Notes: generated by a model not told the origin, from the sequence alone. A stretch of DNA of 64,000 nt from Longimicrobiales bacterium (GCA_965218295.1 CBDCKN010000005.1:1-64000), one strand, 5' to 3'. Positions 18,514 to 31,428 are shown, numbered from the stretch's first letter. A program made the numbers and translations.

Positions 18514-19644
18514 TCACGCGGACGTCGAGTTCGCGCCGGACCGTCTGCCCTTGATGAGGCTCCCGTACACCTCCAGATGTCGGTCCACGAGGCGAGCGTT
18601 GCTCCACTTCTCCACCACCCGGGCTCTCGCCCGGGTCCCCAGCGTCGAAAGGTCGTCCCGGCCGAGAAGCGAAATCACGGTCTCGGCCAGGGCCGTGGGG
18701 TTGCCGGACTCGAAGAGACCTCCCACCTCGCCGTCGATGAGCTCGGGGAGACCGCCTACGTCGGAGGCGGCCACGGGGAGCTCACAGGCCATGGACTCGA
18801 GGGCCGCCACCGAGGTGGCTTCCATGAGGGACGGGAAGACCGCCAGCTCGGCGGAGCTCAGGAGCCCCGGCATCTCGGAGTGCGTCTGGGCACCGAGAAA
18901 GCGGATACGGTCGGTCATCCCGAGCTCTCCGGCTAGACCCTCCAGGCTCCCCCGCTCGGGCCCGTCGCCCACGATAACGGCCTCCGCGTCCACCTGCTCC
19001 ACGATGAGGGGCATGGCCTTCACGAGAAACTCCACGCCGTTCTTATGGAACAGGCGCCGGGGCACAACGATGCGCCTGCGCCCTGTTTTGGGGAGGGTCG
19101 GCGAGACCCTGCGGAACACGTCTGTCTCCACGCCGTTGGCCAGCGCCTCGACCTTCACGCCGGGGGCGAGGCTTTCGGCGACATCCGCGATCTCCACGCT
19201 GGCCGCCAGGTTGTAGTCCGACCATCGGAGCAGGCGCTGGAAGATGGGACGCCAGAAGGGGCTCTCGGCCCGCTTGAGGAAGTGAGACGTGTGCCAGGTC
19301 GAGACCAGCGGGATCTTGGCGGCCCGCTTGGCCACTAAGGCAGGAAGGACCGACTGAAACGCCTGGGCGTGGATGATATCAGCTCGGAGCGCGACCTGAC
19401 CCAGCTTCGGGGTGGAGCTCGCGCCGTGGAGGGACCAGCCCAGGGTTGTTCGCGCCGGCAGCCAGGTTCGCCAGACCTGGATGCCCTCCATGACCTCGTA
19501 GGCGGGGAGTCCCGGCTGGGACCGCGAAGTGACGATGGAGACGCCGCACCCTCGTTCCACCAGCCCACGGCAAAGGTAGTAGACGTGGCTTTCCAGTCCG
19601 CCTACTTCCGGCGGGAAGTAGACGCAATGCATGGCCACGTTCAT
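18514..19644 (-). CDS. Glycosyltransferase family 4
   Basis: PEVGGLE, NGVETDVF, VGDGPER, EX7E motif EATSVAALE, SDVGGLPE. Confidence 0.9.
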   Translation of the reverse strand: MNVAMHCVYFPPEVGGLESHVYYLCRGLVERGCGVSIVTSRSQPGLPAYEVMEGIQVWRTWLPARTTLGWSLHGASSTPKLGQVALRADIIHAQAFQSVLPALVAKRAAKIPLVSTWHTSHFLKRAESPFWRPIFQRLLRWSDYNLAASVEIADVAESLAPGVKVEALANGVETDVFRRVSPTLPKTGRRRIVVPRRLFHKNGVEFLVKAMPLIVEQVDAEAVIVGDGPERGSLEGLAGELGMTDRIRFLGAQTHSEMPGLLSSAELAVFPSLMEATSVAALESMACELPVAASDVGGLPELIDGEVGGLFESGNPTALAETVISLLGRDDLSTLGTRARARVVEKWSNARLVDRHLEVYGSLIKGRRSGANSTSA

Positions 19645-20828
19645 GGCCCCTCCCAATCCGACGTCGAGCGGGCGGAGCCAGTCAGAGCCGAAATGACGAT
19701 GTCGGCGATGCGCTCCCCTGCCCTCCCGTCTCCGTAGGGGTTGGGGGTGTGCTCGGGGCCTTCCGCTCTTGCGTCCGAGGCGGGCGTACCCTGAGCGAGG
19801 ATCTCCGCAGCCTCCGCCACAATGCGCCCGCCGTCCGTGCCCACGAGTCGCGCCACGCCGGCCTCGATACCCTCGGGTCTCTCCGTGACCTCTCGTAGCA
19901 CGAGCACGGGCGTGCCGAAGGTGGGTGCTTCCTCTTGAATGCCGCCGGAATCCGTGAGGATCAGGTGAGCATGCCTCAGTGCCGTCACCAGATCGAGGTA
20001 CGCCAAGGGCTCCACCAGGTGGACGCGTGGATGATCACCCAGGAGCTCCTCGGCTGGCTCCACCACGTTGGGGTTGGGGTGGACGGGATAGAGGACATTG
20101 ACGTCCCCGTGCTCGTCGGCGATCCGCCGGACGGCTGCGAAGACCTCGCTGAGGGGCTGACCGAAAGACTCCCTGCGATGCGCGGTCAGGAGCACCAGGC
20201 GACGGTTCTGGTCCGCCAGGATGGAGGCCAGGGTCGGGTCGTCCGGCTCCCGCTCCACGGCGGCAACCTCCAGAAGTGCGTCCACAACCGTGTTGCCCGT
20301 GACGTGAAGGTGCTCGGGCCTTACGCCCTCTGCCAGGAGGCTCTCGGCGGCCGTAAGCGTGGGGGCGAAGTGGAGGTCCGTGATGACATCGGTGAGCCGC
20401 CGGAACACCTCCTCCGGAAAGGGTGCCCACTTGTCCCGGGAGCGCAGACCCGCCTCGACGTGACCGACCTGGACCTTCTCGAAGAAGGCCACCAGGGAGG
20501 CGAAGAAAACCGTGGCGGTGTCGCCCTGAACCAGCACCATGTCCGGACCGTAGGCATGGATGACCTCCCCGAGACCCTCAAGGCAGCCCCGGCCCACATC
20601 GTAGAGGGTCTGGCCCTCCCGCATGATCCCCAGGTCGTAGTCGGGCTCTAGGCCGAATGCCTCCAGGGCTTGGTCCAGGAGGTCACTGTGCTGCCCGGTG
20701 AGGGCGAGACGAGTCTCCACGCCATCGCTCCTCCCCAGGGCTCCCACCACCGGGGCCATCTTGATGGCCTCCGGCCGTGTCCCGACCACGGCGAGGACTC
20801 GTGGAGGTCGAACGGACGACGCGCTCAA
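19641..20828 (-). CDS. wecB: UDP-N-acetylglucosamine 2-epimerase (non-hydrolysing)
   Basis: GTRPEAIKMAP, TGQH, VQGDT, HVEAGLRS, TDSGGIQEEAP, TERPE, NPYGDG. Confidence 0.95.
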   Translation of the reverse strand: MSASSVRPPRVLAVVGTRPEAIKMAPVVGALGRSDGVETRLALTGQHSDLLDQALEAFGLEPDYDLGIMREGQTLYDVGRGCLEGLGEVIHAYGPDMVLVQGDTATVFFASLVAFFEKVQVGHVEAGLRSRDKWAPFPEEVFRRLTDVITDLHFAPTLTAAESLLAEGVRPEHLHVTGNTVVDALLEVAAVEREPDDPTLASILADQNRRLVLLTAHRRESFGQPLSEVFAAVRRIADEHGDVNVLYPVHPNPNVVEPAEELLGDHPRVHLVEPLAYLDLVTALRHAHLILTDSGGIQEEAPTFGTPVLVLREVTERPEGIEAGVARLVGTDGGRIVAEAAEILAQGTPASDARAEGPEHTPNPYGDGRAGERIADIVISALTGSARSTSDWEGP

Positions 20829-21787
20829 CGAGCGCCGCGCTTGAGGGAGTCGACCTCTTCCCGAAGCTGTGCCACCATCTCGGCGATCAGGCCGAAGCCG
20901 ACCAGGAGAAAGCCCACGGTCTCGAGCAGGATGACGAGATAGAGGAGCGGACGGAAGCCGAAGCCCTCCACGAAGCGGAGGTAGAAGGCCACCCCACCCA
21001 CGACGGCGCCGAGACCGATCAGGGCCGCGCCGCTGAATCCGAAGAGGAGGAGGGGCTTCCGAGAGAAAAGGAGCAGGAACCAGACCGACAGGAGATCCAT
21101 CACGCCCACGACGATCCGGAAGAAGCCCGGATACTTCGAGACGCCGGCTCGCCTGGGGTGGAGCTCGATGTCGATCTCACTCACCGAGTAGCCCCGGGCA
21201 TAGGCCAGGACCACGAAGAACCGATGCCAGTCGTGACGCAGATGGAGCTCTTCCAGAATCTCCCGCCGAAACGCCTTCATGGAGTTGAGGTCGCTCACGG
21301 GGACACGGAAGATGCGCCGGCTCAGGGCGTTGTAGAGGGACGACACAGCACGCTTGTCGTAGGCACCCACCTTTCGACCCGTGACGATGTCCGAGCCATC
21401 GTGGAGCCGCTCCAGGAAGCGTGGAATCTCGTCGGGGAGGTGCTGGAGATCGGCATCGAAGAGCACGAGGAACGTGCGATCAGAGGACCGGGCCGCCGTG
21501 AGCATCGCTTCGGTCTTACCCATGTTGGTTCGGTGGCGAAGCACCCGCACCTGTCCCCACCCGTCGGCCTCCTTCTCGACCAGGTCGCCGGTTCCGTCGG
21601 TGGATCCGTCGTCCACCACCAGGATCTCGCCGTCCAGCTCGAAGCGCTTGAAGGTGGCCCTGAGCTCGGCGATGAGATCCGGCACCATGGGGGCTTCGTT
21701 GAAAGCTGGAATCACCACGGCGAAGTCCCGGCGGGCTTCGGACGAAAGCCGGTCGGCGGACTCCCGTGCTTGGACGGCATGCTCCAT
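20825..21787 (-). CDS. Glycosyltransferase family 2 (ArnC/GtrB-like, two C-terminal TM helices)
   Basis: VIPAFNE, VDDGSTDGT, FDADLQH, HRF, GVSKY. Confidence 0.9.
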   Translation of the reverse strand: MEHAVQARESADRLSSEARRDFAVVIPAFNEAPMVPDLIAELRATFKRFELDGEILVVDDGSTDGTGDLVEKEADGWGQVRVLRHRTNMGKTEAMLTAARSSDRTFLVLFDADLQHLPDEIPRFLERLHDGSDIVTGRKVGAYDKRAVSSLYNALSRRIFRVPVSDLNSMKAFRREILEELHLRHDWHRFFVVLAYARGYSVSEIDIELHPRRAGVSKYPGFFRIVVGVMDLLSVWFLLLFSRKPLLLFGFSGAALIGLGAVVGGVAFYLRFVEGFGFRPLLYLVILLETVGFLLVGFGLIAEMVAQLREEVDSLKRGAR

Positions 21788-23292
21788 CAGACGCGTCGCC
21801 GCATGCGGGCCGGCAAGATCCCCAGCTGATCACGGTACTTCGCGACAGTCCGCCGGGCGATCTTCACTCCGTCGCTCTTGAGCAGCTCCACGATCTTCTG
21901 GTCGGTGAGAGGTTTCCGCGGAGCCTCCCGGTCGATGAGCTTCTGGATCTTGTCCTTCACGCCCCTGGCCGAGATGTCCTCTCCACTCGTGGTGGCGAGT
22001 CCACTGGAGAAGAAGAACTTGAGGTGAAACACTCCACGGGGCGTCTGCACGTACTTCTCGTTAGTGACCCTCGAGACGGTCGATTCATGCATCTCGATGT
22101 GGTCCGCAACCTCTCGCAGCGTGAGAGGCTTCAGGTGCTGGATGCCGTACTCGAAGAAGTCCCGCTGTCGGTCCACGATGAAGCCCATCACCTTCAACAT
22201 GGTCTGTCGGCGCTGCTCGATCGCCTGGATCATCCAGCTCGCCGAGTTCAGCTTCCGGGAGATGAACTCCTTGTTCTCGCCCTTGAATTGGCTCTTGTTC
22301 TGCGCGACGTCCCGGTAGGACTGGGAGAGGCGGAGCCGGGGAAGGCTCGTGTCGTTGACGAAGACCATGTACTCACCGTCGATCTTCTCGACGATGAGGT
22401 CGGGGATGATGTAGCGCTCGGGGTCGGCCGAGTACTTGAGTCCGGGTTTGGGGTCGAGCTTAGATATTTCGTCGGCCGCGTCCTGGACCTCGATGGGCTT
22501 GATCCCCAGCTCACGTGCGACGTCGACCCATCGATGGTTGATGAGGTCCTCGAAGTGATCCTCCACGACGCGGTACGTCTGGGTGTCGCCCTTCCCAAGC
22601 ATACGGAGCTGGATGAGGATCGACTCGCGAATATCCCTCGCCGCCACGCCCGGAGGATCGAAGGCCTGCACGCTGGCGAGCATCGCTTCGGCCTCCTCCA
22701 TTTCGTAGAGTCGGAAAAGCTCGTCCAGCTCGGTCTGCCCAGCGGCCCGCTCGTCCTCGTCATCGATGGCGTCGATCTCGGCCTGAGCGGCGGGACGCAT
22801 GTCTTTGAGCCAGCCATTCACCCCCCGGAGGACGTCGTCCAGATCGCAGGTGAGCGTGCCCACGTCATTCACGTTGCCGATGATCTCCTCGCCAAGTCGC
22901 ATCTCCCGCTCGGCGATGTCGAGCATCCGAAGCTGCTCGTGGAGGTGATCCCTCAGATCCGCCGTCTCCACGGGAACACGCTGGAAGAACTCTCTCGCCT
23001 CGTACTGCTCCCTGCGCCCCCCGACGTCGAAGCCGTCCAGCAGGATCTCCTCCCAGTCGATCTCGTCGTCGGGTGGATCGTCCTTGCCGTCCTCCTGGAG
23101 CTCGACCTCGTCCTGGACGTCGGCTTCGGTCATCTCTAGGAACGGATTCTCCTCCAGCTCCGCCTTGAGGTGCTGCTGGAGGTCCAGGAGGGGCATATAG
23201 AGCAACTCCATCGCCTGATATAGGCGAGGGTTGATCTTCATCTCCTGACGGAGCTGCTGGCTCTGGAAGAGCTTGATGCTGTATGCGCTCAT
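21787..23292 (-). CDS. rpoN: RNA polymerase sigma-54 factor
   Basis: RpoN box ARRTVAKYR, HESTVSR, ELEENPFLE. Confidence 0.97.
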   Translation of the reverse strand: MSAYSIKLFQSQQLRQEMKINPRLYQAMELLYMPLLDLQQHLKAELEENPFLEMTEADVQDEVELQEDGKDDPPDDEIDWEEILLDGFDVGGRREQYEAREFFQRVPVETADLRDHLHEQLRMLDIAEREMRLGEEIIGNVNDVGTLTCDLDDVLRGVNGWLKDMRPAAQAEIDAIDDEDERAAGQTELDELFRLYEMEEAEAMLASVQAFDPPGVAARDIRESILIQLRMLGKGDTQTYRVVEDHFEDLINHRWVDVARELGIKPIEVQDAADEISKLDPKPGLKYSADPERYIIPDLIVEKIDGEYMVFVNDTSLPRLRLSQSYRDVAQNKSQFKGENKEFISRKLNSASWMIQAIEQRRQTMLKVMGFIVDRQRDFFEYGIQHLKPLTLREVADHIEMHESTVSRVTNEKYVQTPRGVFHLKFFFSSGLATTSGEDISARGVKDKIQKLIDREAPRKPLTDQKIVELLKSDGVKIARRTVAKYRDQLGILPARMRRRV

Positions 23293-23310
23293 GAAGTCGT
23301 GTGCAGCTCG

Positions 23311-24186
23311 CTAGATCTCGGGCTCCACCACCACCCCGCTGTCCGCCTCCAGGGGCCGAGTGTATCGGTCACGCATGCGTTGGGTCAGGGTCGGTCCCAG
23401 GTAGATCTCCGCCACCTCTTCGTTCCAGACCAGCTCAGAAACGGTGCCCCTCACCTGAATCCGGCCCTCATACATAATGTATGCCCGGTCCACGATCTCC
23501 AGGGTTTGTTCTACGTTGTGATCAGAAATGATGACCCCGATCCCCCGCTGTTTCAGGGTGCCCACGATGTCTTGAATGTCGTGGACCGCGATGGGATCGA
23601 TGCCTGCAAAGGGCTCATCGAGCAGCATGAACTTGGGACGCTGGACGAGGGCGCGAGTGATCTCCAGGCGCCGGCGCTCCCCGCCCGAGAGGGAGTAGGC
23701 CCTGTTGTCACGTAGCTGACCCAGTCCGAGCTCGCCCAGAAGCTCTTCCAGACGCGCTTGCTCCTCAGCCTTGGGAAGCTTCAGGGTCTCGAGGATCGCC
23801 TTCACGTTCTGTTCGACGGTGAGCTTTCGGAAGACCGAGGGCTCCTGCGCCAGATAGCCCACACCCATCCGGGCCCGGCGGAACATGGGAATGCCGGTGA
23901 GCTCCCGGTCATCGAGGTAGACCTTCCCCCCATCGGGGGGGATGAGTCCCACGATCATGTAGAACGTGGTGGTCTTCCCTGCCCCGTTCGGACCCAACAA
24001 CCCGACGATCTCGCCCTGCGTGACGGAGATGGCGATGTCGTTCACGACGCGCCGCTTCCGATAGATCTTGGTCAGCCCCTCACCGTAGAGACGGCTCATG
24101 GGAGCCGGTGCCGTGGGAAGCACGGTGGTCACCGAATCCCCTTCCGCCGCCTCAGCGGTTTCGAGGTCCGGATTGAAGTCGCTCAT
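23311..24186 (-). CDS. lptB: LPS export ABC transporter ATPase
   Basis: [49 protein letters not shown]. Confidence 0.95.
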   Translation of the reverse strand: MSDFNPDLETAEAAEGDSVTTVLPTAPAPMSRLYGEGLTKIYRKRRVVNDIAISVTQGEIVGLLGPNGAGKTTTFYMIVGLIPPDGGKVYLDDRELTGIPMFRRARMGVGYLAQEPSVFRKLTVEQNVKAILETLKLPKAEEQARLEELLGELGLGQLRDNRAYSLSGGERRRLEITRALVQRPKFMLLDEPFAGIDPIAVHDIQDIVGTLKQRGIGVIISDHNVEQTLEIVDRAYIMYEGRIQVRGTVSELVWNEEVAEIYLGPTLTQRMRDRYTRPLEADSGVVVEPEI

Positions 24187-25927
24187 TCGTGCGGCTTTCC
24201 TGTGGTGGAGTGCCTTGCCCGCGCGGCGTGAACGTGGTATCCGGTGGCGGAGGAGGCACCGTATCCGCCGCGGGCGTCACGAGGCCGGGCTGGGGCTGAA
24301 AATACGCACCTGTGGCCTCGTCCACCTCCATGCGATCCACTTCTCCGTCCTTCATGAACAGCCTGATCTCGTTGCCCAGCACGTAATTGAGCTCGAGAGG
24401 GCCCTGGCCACCCCCGGGCGTCGAGGTCGAGTCGGGGGCGGAACGATAGAAGCTCCGGGCGGCACCCTGTGCCACCAGCTTGTCGAGACGGTATCGACTT
24501 TCGTTCCCCTCCGTGCTGACAGCCGGCGGGGTGGTGGAGTCGCTCCGACTCGTAACGAACGTGGCCGTAATGGTCTGACCCTCGATCCAGTCGTGCCGGA
24601 TGAGCTCCGGCGCGTCCTCGGCGTTCAGGGAATCCCGGACACTGGAGACTCCGTGGGCGTGTCCGGACGCAAAGACACTCTCCAGCTCACCGCCCGGAGT
24701 CTTCACCTCGATTGAGTCACCTGTGAGAAGAAAGTCCTCCGCTGCGGCCTGGGGTCGGGCAAAGGGATCCTCCATCTCAGCTTCGAGAGAATCCTCGAGC
24801 TCCTGGGCCGCTGGCTGTGGCGGCGGCTCCTCGTCAACCTCCTCCTCCCAGCCGCCCATGACCGATACGATGCGGTCCAGCTCTTCCTGAGCGAAAAAGA
24901 TCCGGAGGATAGGGCCCTTCATGTCTACGGCGTCCGTGACCAGGTGCGCGTGCCCACGAGCCTCGAGTTCATCGATGCGGTTGCTCGGAAGTCGCATGTC
25001 GATGGTGTCGCCCCTCACGTCGAGCGTGTCCCCCGATTCCGCATCCGGAGAGAGGATGCGTGCGTTCCGGAAGAGGGTCAGGGTACCTACATCCTGCTGG
25101 TACTCCATGGAGTCCCCGTAGGAGAGAAGCGAATCCCGCCGAACCTCCACCCGACCCCGGGCCTGGAAGAGGCGGTCTCCCACCAGGCGGATCAGGTCGG
25201 CATCGACGTCGAAGGGCATCGGAGGCCCTGGTGGAGGCTCGGGCTCCATAGCTTCGACTTCTGCCGGCTCGATCTCGGAAGGCTCGACCTCTGCGGTGTC
25301 GGAAGGGCCGACCTCCAGGGTGTCGGGAGGCACGTCCTGACCGGCCAGCGTGTCGGCCGGGGGCGGAAGCCCGGCGGTCGTATCCGGGAGCGGAGATTCT
25401 ACTTCGACGCCGTCCCGCTGAGTCTCGTCGGCCTGAAGGCTGTCGGATACCGGCACCGCCTTCGAGAAGAAACGAGCGTGGGGCCGACCCCCACGGATCG
25501 TCACGTCGTCCTCTGGGCGCTCGTCCCCCTCCTGGAGCATGACCAGGTTCTCCCCCGTGATGGTGGAGCCGTCGTCCATGTCCGTGAGACGCACCGAGCC
25601 CTGTGCCTGCAAGCGTCCCGCTCGGCTGAAGTACTGTGCCCGCTCGGCCTCGAGCTCCTGGGTGCCGTCGCGGAAGAGGACGTTGCCGAAGAGCTGCGTG
25701 AAGGAGTTCGCCTCGAAGGTCACCGAGCTGTCGGCTTCGATGCTGGTACCGTCAGTACAGAGGAAGCGTGGGAGGGACACATGACTGACCCGGCCTCCCG
25801 TCTCGGTTACGGAACTGACCAGGCGTGAGTCGATGAGGTCACAGGTTCTGTTCTGAGCGGCGAGGTTGGTCACCGCCAACAGGAACAGGACCGGTGCGAC
25901 TCCAAGGAATGAGAGTGGGCGCCGCAT
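24152..25927 (-). CDS. Large LptA/OstA-like periplasmic protein with acidic Pro-rich linkers
   Basis: Signal peptide [25 protein letters not shown]; repeated beta-jellyroll-like segments; located between lptC and lptB. Confidence 0.75.
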   Translation of the reverse strand: MRRPLSFLGVAPVLFLLAVTNLAAQNRTCDLIDSRLVSSVTETGGRVSHVSLPRFLCTDGTSIEADSSVTFEANSFTQLFGNVLFRDGTQELEAERAQYFSRAGRLQAQGSVRLTDMDDGSTITGENLVMLQEGDERPEDDVTIRGGRPHARFFSKAVPVSDSLQADETQRDGVEVESPLPDTTAGLPPPADTLAGQDVPPDTLEVGPSDTAEVEPSEIEPAEVEAMEPEPPPGPPMPFDVDADLIRLVGDRLFQARGRVEVRRDSLLSYGDSMEYQQDVGTLTLFRNARILSPDAESGDTLDVRGDTIDMRLPSNRIDELEARGHAHLVTDAVDMKGPILRIFFAQEELDRIVSVMGGWEEEVDEEPPPQPAAQELEDSLEAEMEDPFARPQAAAEDFLLTGDSIEVKTPGGELESVFASGHAHGVSSVRDSLNAEDAPELIRHDWIEGQTITATFVTSRSDSTTPPAVSTEGNESRYRLDKLVAQGAARSFYRSAPDSTSTPGGGQGPLELNYVLGNEIRLFMKDGEVDRMEVDEATGAYFQPQPGLVTPAADTVPPPPPDTTFTPRGQGTPPQESRTNERLQSGPRNR

Positions 25928-26484
25928 CACAAGCGGACGGTGCCACCGCGGGTACGGGCGTTCCGCACCCGCACCTGGTCGAAGTTCAAGTCCGCATCGA
26001 AGCCGCTTCCCTCCACGATACTCTGGCCCTCGTACATCACGGTGGCCGAGTCGCTCCATATCCTGTCGTGGTCAGGACTATAGTTGAGCTCCGAGCTCTC
26101 GATCCTCCGTTCGCCGTCCGCGATCAGGAGCACCGCGTTGTCCTGGGCGACCATGGAGTTGTCGCCGGTGTCGAGGCGGCCTCGGTCGGACTTGACCACC
26201 GCCTTCTCGGTCCCCAGCTCCTCGTGATAGGTGGTCAGCGTCACGTTACCCCTGAGCAGGACCACCGTCGAGTCATTGAAGAAGTAGGCGGTGTCGGCCA
26301 CGATCAGGGCTTCCCGGATCCCCTGGCGCGTCAGGTAGTGCGTGTTTCCGAAGATGATGTAGTCCGCCTGGATGCTCTCTAGCTCAGGGTCTACCACCGC
26401 CTGCTGACGGGGGCTCTCGCAGGCGGCCAGTCCCAACGACAAGGCGAGCACTAGGGTCGTTAAACCATTGCGTGTCACGATCAT
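25927..26484 (-). CDS. lptC: LPS export periplasmic protein LptC
   Basis: Lipobox GLAAC; IESSELNY, IWSDSATV, EGSGFDAD; located after kdsD. Confidence 0.8.
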   Translation of the reverse strand: MIVTRNGLTTLVLALSLGLAACESPRQQAVVDPELESIQADYIIFGNTHYLTRQGIREALIVADTAYFFNDSTVVLLRGNVTLTTYHEELGTEKAVVKSDRGRLDTGDNSMVAQDNAVLLIADGERRIESSELNYSPDHDRIWSDSATVMYEGQSIVEGSGFDADLNFDQVRVRNARTRGGTVRL

Positions 26485-27467
26485 AGGGCCCCTGCCTTCA
26501 TGAGGTCATGAAGGTGCACTATCGCCTTCAGGCGGTGGTGGGCATCCACCACGGGAAGCGCCATGATGCCGTGAGACTCCATCCGGTGGACTGCGGCCGA
26601 GCCGAGCTCGTCCGCCCGCGCCACCTTGGGAGATGTGGTCATCACCTCGGTGACAGGCACGTCCAGAAAATCCTCCCGGTGCTCCATGAGACGGGTCAGG
26701 TCGCCGGCGGTGATGACCCCGACGACCTTTTCGCTACCATCGACGATGGGCACCGTCCCCCGCTGCTCGGCCAGCGGCACGATACAGTCCCGCATCAAGG
26801 CTTCGCTGTGGAGATGCGGATACCCCTCGACGATCATCGCGTCTTCTACACGCAACGTGAGCTTTCGTCCCAAGGATCCACCGGGATGGAGAAGGGCGAA
26901 GTCCTCTTTCCTGAAGCCCTTCTGCTGGAGTAGAACCACCGCCAGGGCGTCTCCCATGGCCAGAGTGGCGGTGGTGGAAGACGTGGGGGCCAGGTCCATG
27001 GGGCAGGCTTCCTCGTCCACCGAACAGTCCAGCGCCACGGTGGAAAGAGCGGCAAGGGGAGACTCCGGCTCACCCGTCAACGTGATGATGGGGACGCTAG
27101 CCCGGAGGAGATAATCCACAAGCCCGGACAGCTCCGAGGTTTCCCCGCTCTTGGAGAGCAGAATGGCGACGTCGTCCTGCCCCACGATCCCGAGGTCGCC
27201 GTGGAGCCCCTCCACCGGGTGAAGAAAGTTCGCCGGCGTGCCCGTGGAGGTGAACGTGGCCGCCATCTTACGGCCGATGATGCCGCTCTTGCCGATGCCG
27301 GAGACGATGACACGGCCGGTACAGCGGGCGAGAAGGCCCACGGCCTCCACGAAGTCCTCGCCCACGCGGTCCACCAGGCACTCGACGGACCTGGCCTCGA
27401 CCTCCAGGACACGTCTGGCCTCCCGGAGAACCCGATCCGAATCGATCTGCGCTTCGGGGCCGGTCAT
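26481..27467 (-). CDS. kdsD: Arabinose-5-phosphate isomerase (KpsF/GutQ family)
   Basis: SGIGKSG, TSTGTP, HGDLG, SKSGET, LAPTSST, HPGGSLG, C-terminal CBS pair. Confidence 0.93.
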   Translation of the reverse strand: MTGPEAQIDSDRVLREARRVLEVEARSVECLVDRVGEDFVEAVGLLARCTGRVIVSGIGKSGIIGRKMAATFTSTGTPANFLHPVEGLHGDLGIVGQDDVAILLSKSGETSELSGLVDYLLRASVPIITLTGEPESPLAALSTVALDCSVDEEACPMDLAPTSSTTATLAMGDALAVVLLQQKGFRKEDFALLHPGGSLGRKLTLRVEDAMIVEGYPHLHSEALMRDCIVPLAEQRGTVPIVDGSEKVVGVITAGDLTRLMEHREDFLDVPVTEVMTTSPKVARADELGSAAVHRMESHGIMALPVVDAHHRLKAIVHLHDLMKAGAL

Positions 27468-27471
27468 GGCG

Positions 27472-28041
27472 TCAGGAGCCTGAGCGGGCGTCACAGTACT
27501 CCCGAACCAGTCCCTCCCATTCACCTCTGGCCATCAGCAGGGCTCGTGCGAACTCTCGCACCGCACCGGCTCCGCCGGGTGCCGTGGTAGTCCATCGGGA
27601 CACGGCGTGCACTTCGGGGACGGCGTTGGGCACCGCTACTGCAAGGCCGACCCGCTCCAGCACTGGCAGGTCCGCGAGATCGTCTCCCACCATGGCCGTC
27701 TCGTCCCATCCTACCCCGCGCTCCTCCAGCAGCGCTCGCACCACGGGCAGCTTGGCTGCACCTGGGTCCTGATGGCATTCCGCCACCCCCAGCTCCTCGG
27801 CACGGCGGGCAGTGGCCTCGGACACCCGTCCCGATACGATGACCACCTCGATACCGGACCAGCCGAGCATCTTTACGCCCAGGCCGTCCTGGATATCGAA
27901 GCGCTTGAGCTCGAGCGTTTCGCCACCGGCCTCGGCCCCGATGTAGACCCCTCCGTCGGTGAGCACCCCATCCACGTCCAACACGACCATCCGGATGGCG
28001 CGGGCTACGTCCGGGGCGATCCCTTCGCGTCGCTCCTCCAT
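27472..28041 (-). CDS. kdsC: KDO-8-phosphate phosphatase
   Basis: LDVDGVLTDG, FDIQDGLG, GDDLAD, GGAGAVRE. Confidence 0.93.
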   Translation of the reverse strand: MEERREGIAPDVARAIRMVVLDVDGVLTDGGVYIGAEAGGETLELKRFDIQDGLGVKMLGWSGIEVVIVSGRVSEATARRAEELGVAECHQDPGAAKLPVVRALLEERGVGWDETAMVGDDLADLPVLERVGLAVAVPNAVPEVHAVSRWTTTAPGGAGAVREFARALLMARGEWEGLVREYCDARSGS

Positions 28042-28049
28042 AGACAGTC

Positions 28050-28864
28050 TCAGGCCGTAGGCGAAGGAGCGGGAGGCCTTACGCCGGCGAGGGCGCCGCG
28101 CACAGCGAGGGCCTCCTCCAAGAGTGCCTTCAGATCGTGGAGAGGAAGCATGTTGCTGCTGTCGGAGGGCGCCCGGCCGGGGTTCGGATGGGTTTCCAGG
28201 AACAACCCGTCGCAGCCTGCCGCCACAGCGGCTCGCACGAGTGGGGCGGTGAACTCCGGATCGCCCGCACTGGATCCGTCGGCCTGGCCGGGACGCTGTA
28301 TGGAGTGGGTCCCGTCGAAGATGACCGGAACGCGGCAGGCGTTACGCGTGCGTTGGAAGGAGCGCATGTCGACGACCAGGTCCCCATACCCGAAGAAGGT
28401 CCCCCTCTCGGTTATCGCCACCTGAGCGGCCCCGGCGCGCTGCGCCTTCTCCACGGCGCCAAGCATGTCGTCGGGGGACATCCACTGCCCCTTCTTCACG
28501 TTGATGACCTTTCCGGTGGCGCCCGCGGCAGTTAGCAGATCGGTCTGGCGGCAGAGGAACGCCGGGATTTGCAGAACATCGGCGACCTGGGCTGCGGCTG
28601 CGACCTGGCCCGCCTCGTGGATGTCCGTGAGGACCGGAAGCCCGGTCTCGCCCTTGACCCGCTCGAGGAGCTCGAGTCCCGCGTCCAGGCCCGGTCCCCT
28701 CGCCGAGTCCGGTCGCGACCGGTTCGCTTTGTCGAACGATGCCTTGAACACGACCGGCAGGCCCAGGACAGACGAAAGGAGAGCCAGTTGGCGGCCGATC
28801 TCGAGATTGAGCTCGTTGTCCTCCAGTACGCAGGGGCCCGCGATGAGCGTGAACGCGTCGAGCA

Positions 28865-28868
<4 letters not shown>
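28050..28868 (-). CDS. kdsA: KDO-8-phosphate synthase
   Basis: IAGPCVLE, FKASFDKANRS, QIPAFLCRQTDL, NVKKGQ, FDGTHS. Confidence 0.96.
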
Positions 28869-31327
<2,459 letters not shown>

Positions 31328-31428
31328 GAGGCGAAGCCCGATGATGCAAATATCACGCCAGTTAAGTTATCCGAGCCCGGCTGGGGTGGCAACGGCTTCG
31401 AGGTAAAACGGGCCCTGAAAGGAGGCCT

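Noticed and set aside
21766..23139. 457-aa plus-strand ORF, and similar ones at 39149-40300, 46548-47873, 47486-48721, 54867-56114 and 62455-63954
   Set aside because: Antisense to rpoN, fabF, sucD, sucC, nuoM and nuoF respectively.
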